Assembly: GCA_963836235.1 (NCBI GenBank)
Contig: CAWIIP010000002.1
Span: 1,952,001 to 2,016,000 of the forward strand
Direction of reading: 5' to 3'
From: an uncultured Pseudomonadota bacterium
GTDB taxonomy: Bacteria; Oederibacteriota; Muellerivitia; Muellerivitales; Muellerivitaceae
Length of the DNA stretch: 64,000 nt
Shown here: one piece after another, positions 1-7,796 of the stretch
Layout of the letters: the number at the start of each line of letters is the position of its first letter
Position numbering within the stretch: position 1 is the first letter of the stretch
Notes under the pieces: model-generated
Database searches by the model: none
What the model saw: only the letters and a program-made list of their open reading frames with translations
Told to the model about the DNA's origin: nothing
Position numbers and translations under genes: made by a program

Positions 1-1
1 G

Positions 2-337
2 ACGATCACGATGGCCCTGGGCCACTTGGCTTTTTGGGATTTGCGCCAAGCGACTCTGCTGAAGCGTTGGCTTGAGCAGGGCGTCAAACCAGGTTCCCTG
101 GATGCGGAGGCGATCAACGAACCTTTAAGCGTTCTCTCCGCCTCTATTTATCCACAAGCCGTGGCGCGGCTGGTCGTCGAAGCGGCGGAAACCATCGACC
201 GCGCGGTGGAACAATTGACACCCCCTCAGACCGTGGAATTGCTGAAGATGGGTCTGGAACGCAACCTCCACCGGGCCCTGCACCGGCGGGACCATCTGGA
301 CAAAATCGACAAGGCGCTGGGAGGAAAAATCGGTTAA
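2..337 (+). CDS. DinB/maleylpyruvate-isomerase-N-like protein, probably 5'-truncated by the window edge
   Basis: Frame open from the window start (TITMALGHLAFWD); C-terminal HRRDHL..I His pattern typical of DinB-like four-helix bundles. Confidence 0.6.
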   Translation, partial: TITMALGHLAFWDLRQATLLKRWLEQGVKPGSLDAEAINEPLSVLSASIYPQAVARLVVEAAETIDRAVEQLTPPQTVELLKMGLERNLHRALHRRDHLDKIDKALGGKIG

Positions 338-344
338 ATTATCC

Positions 345-491
345 TTAACAGGTTGTTGAAAAAGTAGTTTTCAGCAACCTGTCGACAGCCATGGGATAGA
401 AAGAGGCACCCAAAATATGGTTTTTATCTTTCGTGTCTCTTTCATAAATAGGAAAGAGTCCTTTTTCAGGACTTTTTCAGCATCCTGTTAA
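345..491. mobile_element. MITE-like or IS-end-derived inverted-repeat element
   Basis: TTAA-CAGGTTGTTGAAAAAGT (345-365) ... ACTTTTTCAGCATCCTG-TTAA (471-491); internal hairpin 349-381; no ORF. Confidence 0.5.
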
Positions 492-2404
492 TGCACTTCC
501 GCACCACCCTCATTCTCCTATCATTGACCGCCCTTTCCGCCCCCCTCGCTTTTTCACAAACCCCCACGCCGGTTTTAACCCCGGGTGAAACCGACTATTC
601 CAAAGTCATCGAGGATTTGGAAAACTTCATACCCGATGAAATGCATAACGAGCACGTGAGGGGCTTGAGCGTTGCCTTGGTGGATGGCGGCAGGGTGGTT
701 TGGGTCAAGGGTTTCGGGCACGCGGACTCGGACAAGCAAATCCGCGCCACGGGTGACACCCTTTACCACCTGGGGGCGGTTTCCAAAATCTTCACCGCGG
801 CGGAGGTCTTGAAACTGGCGCGGGAGGGCAGGATCGGACTGGATAAGCCCCTGCGGAAATATCTTCCGGAATTTTCCATTCACAGCCGGTTCAAAAAAGC
901 CAAGGTGCTCACCGTCCGGTCTCTTTTAGCCAACCATTCGGGCCTCCCGGGCTTTTTCCTCAAGGGCATTTGGGTGGACCATCCGCAAGGGCTCGCGGAT
1001 TTCATCCAGGACCTGAAGTCCGACTACCTGGTCGCCCCGCCCCAAAGCCTCTATAAGTATTCTTACGTGGATTACGACCTTCTAGGCCGCCTGGTGGAAG
1101 TGAAACGTAAGGAAGCTTTCGCGGACGCGGTGAAGGAAGACCTCTTCGAACCCTTGGGCATGGAGAACTCTTCCTTCGATAACTCGTCCGATAACGATCC
1201 TCAATTGGCCCAGGGCTACCGCAAAGGCAATAAAGTGGACCTGATCCATTTGCGGGATGTCCCGGCGGCGGGAATGGTTTCCAGCGCCAACGACCTGGCG
1301 AAGTTTCTCCAGGCGGTTTTGGGCGGCGGGGAACAAGGCGATCCAGCGCTGGTCCGGAACGAAATCCTGAAGGCCATGTTCAAACCCCAATATCCGGACA
1401 TCCCGATGGACCTAGGCCATCAAGTGGGAATGGGCTGGCAATTGAACGGCCTGGATATCGCGGGTTCCCAAGGCACGGCCTGGCATGACGGTGAGTACCC
1501 GCCCTATATCGCCCAGTTGACGGTGCTTTACCAACAGGGGTTGGGAGTGGTTTTTCTTTCCAACAGCGAGGAAGGGGACAAGCCGAGGGAAGACGTGACG
1601 GTGCGGGCCTTGGAACTCATGCTCCAGGCCAAATACGGGCTCCAGGAAGATTTGAAGAAGAAAAAAATCGAGATGCCCAAGACCGTCACGGTTCCGCTGG
1701 ATCAACTGGACCAGGACACGGGCTATTATTCGGCGCTAGGGCAATTGATGAAGGTGACCCGCCGTGATGGCCACTTGGCAGCCGAGTGGGACGGCCACCA
1801 ACTGGACCTGCTTCCCGTCTCTCTAGACACTTTTGTGCCCCATATCACCTTTATTATTTTCCCCATAGACCTGCCCCAATTCCCGATCACCTTTTCCCGG
1901 ATCCAGGAACAGGAAACGGGCGTTCTGGGAGGCTTGGCCTTTCCCGTGCCGCTTGAGAAAATCCAGCCGGTGGATATCCCCCAGGCTTGGAAGGACCGGG
2001 AAGGGGACTATGAACTGGAAAATCCTGACGGGCAGTTTGAGTTCAGCCGAATTTCCCTGGGAGAAAAGGAGGGATTCCTGACGGTGACCTTGAAAGTTTC
2101 CTTCAAAGCCTTCGACCTCAAGGAACAAGAATTCAAGGTGGCCTTGTTGCCCCTCTCCGATGAGGACGCGGTGATCCCTGGACTTTTTTACGGAGACGGG
2201 GGAACCCTTCACGCGGTGGATGAAGAAAAGACCCGGGCGTTCTATTCGGGCTATTGGTTTAGGAAAAAGGAAAGTCCCAATTCGACGCCGGTTGAGCCGA
2301 CACCGAAACCGGTCGTGCCGGTTCCCACCCCGATCATCCCCTTGACTCCCACGGTGAAAGGGGTGGAACCGACGCCGACTTCAACCATTGGGGCCCAACC
2401 CTAG
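491..2404 (+). CDS. Secreted class C beta-lactamase/serine-hydrolase-fold protein with degenerate catalytic motifs and a Pro/Thr-rich tail
   Basis: Signal peptide; LLANHSGL and WHDG motifs; SxxK reads AVSK and YxN reads YSY. Confidence 0.8.
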   Translation: MHFRTTLILLSLTALSAPLAFSQTPTPVLTPGETDYSKVIEDLENFIPDEMHNEHVRGLSVALVDGGRVVWVKGFGHADSDKQIRATGDTLYHLGAVSKIFTAAEVLKLAREGRIGLDKPLRKYLPEFSIHSRFKKAKVLTVRSLLANHSGLPGFFLKGIWVDHPQGLADFIQDLKSDYLVAPPQSLYKYSYVDYDLLGRLVEVKRKEAFADAVKEDLFEPLGMENSSFDNSSDNDPQLAQGYRKGNKVDLIHLRDVPAAGMVSSANDLAKFLQAVLGGGEQGDPALVRNEILKAMFKPQYPDIPMDLGHQVGMGWQLNGLDIAGSQGTAWHDGEYPPYIAQLTVLYQQGLGVVFLSNSEEGDKPREDVTVRALELMLQAKYGLQEDLKKKKIEMPKTVTVPLDQLDQDTGYYSALGQLMKVTRRDGHLAAEWDGHQLDLLPVSLDTFVPHITFIIFPIDLPQFPITFSRIQEQETGVLGGLAFPVPLEKIQPVDIPQAWKDREGDYELENPDGQFEFSRISLGEKEGFLTVTLKVSFKAFDLKEQEFKVALLPLSDEDAVIPGLFYGDGGTLHAVDEEKTRAFYSGYWFRKKESPNSTPVEPTPKPVVPVPTPIIPLTPTVKGVEPTPTSTIGAQP

Positions 2405-2415
2405 AAGGTTCCGCC

Positions 2416-3354
2416 TCACGTTTCCGTTATGCTCTTGGTGAGAAATTTCTTCGCGCCCTCGAAATTTTCCTGGCTTCCCCAGCCGCCGTACATCCAATCG
2501 TCGTCCTTCAAAAGATTAAACTGCCGAAGGGCCGTTTCATATTGGCCGGCGATCATACTGATTCGGGCGTACCAACTGCGCGCGGGAATATCGGTGGGAT
2601 TGATTTTTAGATAATCTTCGAAGGCCTTTTGGACGGGAGTCCAAACCGAGGGGTCCTTGAAATATTCCTTCCGGTCAGGGCTCAAATCCCACAGGGCCTC
2701 CTGAAAGACAACCGTCAAGAGCCTGACCCGGGAGCCGGGGGAGGCCGCCGCCACGGAGGCATCGATGAAGGTCTTTACCGCCGCCACGTCCGAATGGGCG
2801 TGGAAAAACATAAAATTCATCTTGGCGCAGTAGGCGGAGTAGCAGTCGGGATCGGCTCGCACCGCGTTTTGGAAAGACCGTTCCACCTCGTTATCCCGGT
2901 GGAAGACTATTTGACCTTCCATTTGGAGGGTCCAAAGATAACCGTTGCCGGGGGAAAGGGCGCAGGCCTTGTCCAAGGCTTTCTGGCCCTTCTCTTTAAG
3001 ATTTCCCGCAAATTCACTTCGGGGATCGGCGGCGACCGCGTAAACGCAGGCCCGGCCCAGGCAAGCCCAGGCGGCGGGGGATTGGGGATCCGCCGCTATC
3101 CATTCGTCCAAGTGGGAGATGTTTTGATAATTGCCGAGGGCTTGATAAATCAGGTAAAGCATCAGTTTGGGATTAGGGTCTTTAAGGGCCAGGATGGCGG
3201 CGCATTCGCTGTCGATATGGATATAGTTCTGTTGCCGAAAATCCTCAAAGGCCTGTTTTGTGTTGTAGGCGTCTTGGGCGTGGGCAAGGGTAAAGAATGG
3301 AAGCCAAACCAGGATCAAGGCGGCGGTTAATTTCGGAAAGCAAACTAGGCGCAA
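2416..3354 (-). CDS. Secreted TPR-like protein (DUF4034-like)
   Basis: Signal peptide; LDEWIAADPQS and helical repeats. Confidence 0.55.
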   Translation of the reverse strand: MRLVCFPKLTAALILVWLPFFTLAHAQDAYNTKQAFEDFRQQNYIHIDSECAAILALKDPNPKLMLYLIYQALGNYQNISHLDEWIAADPQSPAAWACLGRACVYAVAADPRSEFAGNLKEKGQKALDKACALSPGNGYLWTLQMEGQIVFHRDNEVERSFQNAVRADPDCYSAYCAKMNFMFFHAHSDVAAVKTFIDASVAAASPGSRVRLLTVVFQEALWDLSPDRKEYFKDPSVWTPVQKAFEDYLKINPTDIPARSWYARISMIAGQYETALRQFNLLKDDDWMYGGWGSQENFEGAKKFLTKSITET

Positions 3355-3466
3355 CGCTATCCTCCCATTAAAGGCTTAAATAGAATAACGGGAGAAGGTG
3401 ATAAAAGAAATCAGAGGGATGGGGGAAATTATTCCCTGTTTTTGCGGCTGGGAGGGTTTTTGAAAG

Positions 3467-4150
3467 TCACCCGAACCGTTGGGCGGCTTCCTCCAGTATT
3501 TTCACAGTTGCGGTGGCGCCCACCCGGGTGACGCCCAAATCCAGTACTTCCAACAAACGGTCCAGGTCGTGGATGCCACCGGCGGCCTTGACTTGAATAG
3601 AAGGGGGGGCGTAGGCCCGCATGAGTTTCAAGTCCTCGTTGGTGGCCCCCCCGGAGCCATAGCCCGTGGAAGTCTTCACGAAATCAGGGCCGATGCCCTC
3701 ACAGATTTGGCAAAGCCGAATCTTTTGATCGTCCTGCAGATAACAATTTTCGAAGATGACTTTGCTGCGGGCCTTGCCGGCCTTGCAGAGGCCCACGACT
3801 CCCCGGATATCTTTCTCCACGAATTCCCAATCGCCGCTCAAAACCTTGCCGATATTGACGACCATGTCCAGTTCGGTGGCGCCATATTGGATGGATTGTT
3901 GGGCTTCCAGCATCTTGACCGCGGTCGTGGAGCCGCCATGGGGAAAACCCACCACAGATCCCACGGCCACACCCGAATCTTTCAATGATTTTGCCGCCCT
4001 GGAAACAAAATAAGGTTTGATGCAAACCGAGGCGACTTTGTACTTGCGAGCGATTTCAATTCCTTCCAAGAGAATGTCGTCCGTCATGACGGGGCTCAAG
4101 AGGGAATGGTCGATGACTTTGGCGATGGACGCGACGGAAAGGTTGTTCAT
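3467..4150 (-). CDS. deoC: Deoxyribose-phosphate aldolase
   Basis: IDHSLL, VVGFPHG, ELDMV, FVKTSTG, VKAAGGI motifs. Confidence 0.95.
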   Translation of the reverse strand: MNNLSVASIAKVIDHSLLSPVMTDDILLEGIEIARKYKVASVCIKPYFVSRAAKSLKDSGVAVGSVVGFPHGGSTTAVKMLEAQQSIQYGATELDMVVNIGKVLSGDWEFVEKDIRGVVGLCKAGKARSKVIFENCYLQDDQKIRLCQICEGIGPDFVKTSTGYGSGGATNEDLKLMRAYAPPSIQVKAAGGIHDLDRLLEVLDLGVTRVGATATVKILEEAAQRFG

Positions 4151-5262
4151 GGAACCATCCTGTATTCGCTGGGGACCAATTCCCCCACCCGGTTACGGCC
4201 GGCGGCCTTGGCCTGGTACAGGCTCTCATCGGCTTTTCGGATGAGTTCCTTATGATCCACCATCGACTGGGTCTGGCAGGCGATTCCCATGCTTACAGTT
4301 ACTTTCCTCCCCTGCAAACCCAAAAGTTCCAGGGGCGCGGAAGATTCGGTAAAGGATTTGAATAACCGCTGCGCCACATTCTGGGCCCCATCTGGGCCCA
4401 CTTCCGGAAGGATGATCGCGAACTCATCCCCGCCAAGCCTCACCACGATATCGACGTTGCGAAGCCCCTGGACGAGGCGTTCCGCCACGGCCTTCAAAAC
4501 CAGGTCCCCGGCGGGATGTCCATAAAGGTCGTTGATTTCCTTAAAATGATCCACGTCAAGGTAGAGAAGGCTGAGAAACCTTTTGTAGCGGCGGCAGCGC
4601 TGGACTTCCCGGGGAAGATAATTGTCGAAGTAACGGCGGTTATAAACGTCCGTCAAACCGTCTTTGATCGTCATGTTCCTGATTTTTTCGTGTATCTGGA
4701 AAGACTCGATGGCGAGCCCGGCCTGGGTCGCGAAATTAATCAGGGAAAGAAGGTCGGATTTATTCAGGCGCCGCTGGGTGAAGAGGTTGTCCACCGCCAG
4801 AACCCCGATGATCTTGTTGTTTCCAATGATGATGGGAGCGACTGCGGTGCAAAAAACACCCGGATCAATATATTTCAAATCTTTTTTCTTGACCATGCGA
4901 TGGAGATTGTTGGTAAAGCTGGCCTTGCGGTGGCCGTAAACCATATCGGAGAACCAGTTGGTTCCTTTGACGGGGGAAAGGGGAATATCCCCGCAATCTC
5001 CCTCGAATTTACCGTAACGGTCGATGCCGATCATCCGTTGGCCGACGTTCCGGTCCCAGTTGACCATGAAAATACCAGCGCGGTCGTAACCCAGCCCTTT
5101 GGTGACGGAGGTGATGAGAAGCTTCAGGATGTCCTCAAAGCTGTTCTCGTCGCGCATGGCTTGCATTAAGCGCTGGTACATGAGAACTTCCTGGGTGAGG
5201 ACTTTTTTGTCTCGGAGGGCCTTTTGCAGAAGGCTCTGCTTTTGAAGGTGGCTTTTGGCCAT
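4147..5262 (-). CDS. GAF-GGDEF diguanylate cyclase
   Basis: DGLT..YNRR, DVDHFK.IND.YGH..GD, RNVD I-site, GGDEF; 4-nt overlap with deoC. Confidence 0.92.
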   Translation of the reverse strand: MAKSHLQKQSLLQKALRDKKVLTQEVLMYQRLMQAMRDENSFEDILKLLITSVTKGLGYDRAGIFMVNWDRNVGQRMIGIDRYGKFEGDCGDIPLSPVKGTNWFSDMVYGHRKASFTNNLHRMVKKKDLKYIDPGVFCTAVAPIIIGNNKIIGVLAVDNLFTQRRLNKSDLLSLINFATQAGLAIESFQIHEKIRNMTIKDGLTDVYNRRYFDNYLPREVQRCRRYKRFLSLLYLDVDHFKEINDLYGHPAGDLVLKAVAERLVQGLRNVDIVVRLGGDEFAIILPEVGPDGAQNVAQRLFKSFTESSAPLELLGLQGRKVTVSMGIACQTQSMVDHKELIRKADESLYQAKAAGRNRVGELVPSEYRMVP

Positions 5263-5342
5263 AAAACCTCCAGCAGAGGGATGTGCGTTTAACCTATTGG
5301 TTTAACGAATAAATTGTCTCATTTTTTGGGTGAATGTCAAAT

Positions 5343-5399
5343 AAAAAGCCGCCCCAAAGGCCCCTGCTTTTAAACAAACAGGGGCTTTTGGGACGGCTT
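5343..5399 (-). terminator. Intrinsic terminator downstream of the redoxin gene
   Basis: AAAAAGCCGCCCCAAAGGCCCCTG...CAGGGGCTTTTGGGACGGCTT inverted repeat; the A-tract gives a U-tract on the minus strand. Confidence 0.7.
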
Positions 5400-5421
5400 G
5401 ATCAAATTTGAGGAACTGGTT

Positions 5422-6087
5422 TTAGTCTTTGTATTTCACTCCACAGCCATAGGGCGGGGTGGAAGGAACTGAAACTTTCTTTCCGTTTACCATGGATTCG
5501 GTCAATGCCCGATCCACGTAATTCACGAAAGGCTCACCCGAATCAGTTTTGGTGACATCCTCGTCCACCCGGGGGGCGTTGTCGATGGCTCCGTCATAAA
5601 TAAGGACCCCTTTGGGATCGATGACGAACATGTGGGGTGTGGTTTTGGCTCCAAAAGCGTGGCCTAAATTCCCCTTAGGATCCAGGAAGACCGCCGTCAA
5701 ATGGGCATGGTGGCTATTCATATCGGAGTTGGCTTGGGTTGCTTCCGCGTAACCTTCCATCCCGGGAGCGGAGGAAATCACCGCGAACCATTGGACTCCT
5801 TTTCGTACCCACTTCGCCTGCAATTTTTCCATTTTGCCTTTGTATTGGCTCACGACGAAGGGACAGGATTGGTTGTGCCATTCCAAAACCACATACTTTC
5901 CTTTGCTGTCGGCCAGTTTGTGTTCCTTGCCATTGCTGTCGATGGCGGTAAAGTCCGGCGCCGGATCACCCACCGTTGCCGCGTGGCCTAAAGAACTATT
6001 TCCCAAAATGATCAGGGCCAGGGCGAAGAACCCCCAATTCTTAAAATCTTTCATTCCAATCCTCCTTAAAATTTTTAGTGAAGCCAT
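5422..6087 (-). CDS. Exported redoxin/AhpC-TSA family protein (true start may be ~30 nt downstream)
   Basis: GDPAPDF, VVLEW.N..CPFV, AKTTPHMFVID, YGCGVKY. Confidence 0.88.
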   Translation of the reverse strand: MASLKILRRIGMKDFKNWGFFALALIILGNSSLGHAATVGDPAPDFTAIDSNGKEHKLADSKGKYVVLEWHNQSCPFVVSQYKGKMEKLQAKWVRKGVQWFAVISSAPGMEGYAEATQANSDMNSHHAHLTAVFLDPKGNLGHAFGAKTTPHMFVIDPKGVLIYDGAIDNAPRVDEDVTKTDSGEPFVNYVDRALTESMVNGKKVSVPSTPPYGCGVKYKD

Positions 6088-6914
6088 TACTCTTCCGCTA
6101 ATGGGATAGTGACGTTATATCCCTTCGTCGATTTCTTCTCCTTGACCACCAATATCCCATCCAAGGATTTGACGTCCTGGGCCAATTGATCGGACTTCTT
6201 GACGGCAAGTTGAATGGAATTGCCTGAAGCCTTCGACACCTGGACGGGGGCGTTTTCAATTTCATTCGGATGACTGGGAATAAAAAGGGCCACGGTGGTC
6301 TTGGCAACGGAAGCTCCCGTATCAAGGTCGATATGAAATTCTTTTTTTCCCGTAGAACCGCTTACTTTCCAATCTTCCGGCGGGTCAAGGGGAAGGCTTC
6401 GGCGGGCCGATTGGAAAAGATATTCGTGCCGGGAGTTCAACTTTGGTTTGTGGTTCTTGACCACGAGGCGGACGTTAAAAGACATGTCCCCGGGAATGCA
6501 GATTTCGTTGCAAACCAGCCATCGAATATGGGCCGCGAATCGAACAAAGTGCCCGGGTTTCAAGTTGGCTGGGGTCTGGATGGGGACCATCAACACAGTC
6601 TCGTTTGTGTAGCCGTAATCGGCTAAGGAAGGGAGGGTGATTCGCTGGGGAGTGGGCCAAAGGATATCTCCTGCCGTGAAGCCGTCCGGCAAAGTCCAAG
6701 TAATGGAGGGTGGCTGGCCCGAATCCCCGGGGTTTTGCCAGTAAATATGCCAGTCTTTTTGCATGCGGAAATGAAAGCCCACCGTGACGCTGCCCCCCGG
6801 CTGAATGGAGGCTTGTTCGGCCAACAACTCCACTTTTAGGTGGGTGAGGTTTTGTGAAAAGGCGGGAGCTATAAATGATAAAAGGAAAAGCGCCAGAACG
6901 ATTCGTTGAAACAT
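6087..6914 (-). CDS. DsbD N-terminal-domain (protein-disulfide reductase) protein
   Basis: Start re-assigned to MFQRIVLAL signal peptide; WHIYWQNPGDSG and WLVCNEICIPG motifs. Confidence 0.85.
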   Translation of the reverse strand: MFQRIVLALFLLSFIAPAFSQNLTHLKVELLAEQASIQPGGSVTVGFHFRMQKDWHIYWQNPGDSGQPPSITWTLPDGFTAGDILWPTPQRITLPSLADYGYTNETVLMVPIQTPANLKPGHFVRFAAHIRWLVCNEICIPGDMSFNVRLVVKNHKPKLNSRHEYLFQSARRSLPLDPPEDWKVSGSTGKKEFHIDLDTGASVAKTTVALFIPSHPNEIENAPVQVSKASGNSIQLAVKKSDQLAQDVKSLDGILVVKEKKSTKGYNVTIPLAEE

Positions 6915-7078
6915 TAGATTCCTTGAAAAGAAAACTTTGAAATTGCCATCGCAAGGAGTATCCCCAAATAGGGGATGGTTACGACGAAACAATCGCTCTT
7001 TAAATAAACTTCTGATTATTAAAAATGGGGCTTTCGGCGTAGTTTTACGAACGATGACACAGGGATTTAGACGTCCAG

Positions 7079-7777
7079 TCATTCCATTTTGAGCCGGTAT
7101 CCCACACCCGATTCGGTGACAATATACCTGGGCCGGTCGGGATCGGCCTCTATTTTCTGGCGTAGTTGGTAAACGTAAATTCTCAGGTATTGCACCTGGT
7201 CGCCGCTGGCTGGGCCCCAAACTTCCTGCAAAATCTGTTTTTGGGTGACGACTTTCCCCGCGTGGCGGATGAGAAAGGCCAGAAGGTCGTACTCGTTAGG
7301 AGTTAAATGCACTTCCTTACCCCGAACCGTGACGACCCGGGCGGAAAGATCCACTTTGAAGTCGGGGGTTTCGAAAACTGGGTCCTGTTTCCCTCCCTGT
7401 TTCACCGTCTGGGCGTGCCGAAGGGCCACTCGGATGCGGGCCATGAGTTCCCCCACGTCAAAGGGTTTGGTGAGGTAGTCGTCGGCCCCGGCGTCGAGTC
7501 CCGCGATCTTATCTTTTTCCTTGCCCCGGGCCGTGATGATGATGATGGGTGTGGTGGTCCATTCCCGCAGGCGTTTTACGACTTCCAATCCATCCAGGTC
7601 GGGAAGTCCCAGATCCAAAAGGATAATATCGGGGTTGTGGGATGAGGCTAGGGCCAAACCTTCCTCACCCTTAACGGATTCCAACACCTTGAAGCCCTGG
7701 CTTTGAAGGGTGGGTTTCAAGAAGCGCCGGATGGCAAGTTCGTCCTCAATGATCAAAACGGTTCCGCTGTCAGCCAT
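7079..7777 (-). CDS. kdpE: KdpE response regulator
   Basis: LDLGLPDLDG receiver, GADDYLTKPF, winged helix; directly downstream of kdpD. Confidence 0.93.
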   Translation of the reverse strand: MADSGTVLIIEDELAIRRFLKPTLQSQGFKVLESVKGEEGLALASSHNPDIILLDLGLPDLDGLEVVKRLREWTTTPIIIITARGKEKDKIAGLDAGADDYLTKPFDVGELMARIRVALRHAQTVKQGGKQDPVFETPDFKVDLSARVVTVRGKEVHLTPNEYDLLAFLIRHAGKVVTQKQILQEVWGPASGDQVQYLRIYVYQLRQKIEADPDRPRYIVTESGVGYRLKME

Positions 7778-7796
7778 GAATTTCCTCGTTTAAACT

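Noticed and set aside
6915-7220. N-terminal extension of the DsbD-N ORF
   Set aside because: Overlaps kdpE and precedes an obvious signal-peptide start at 6914
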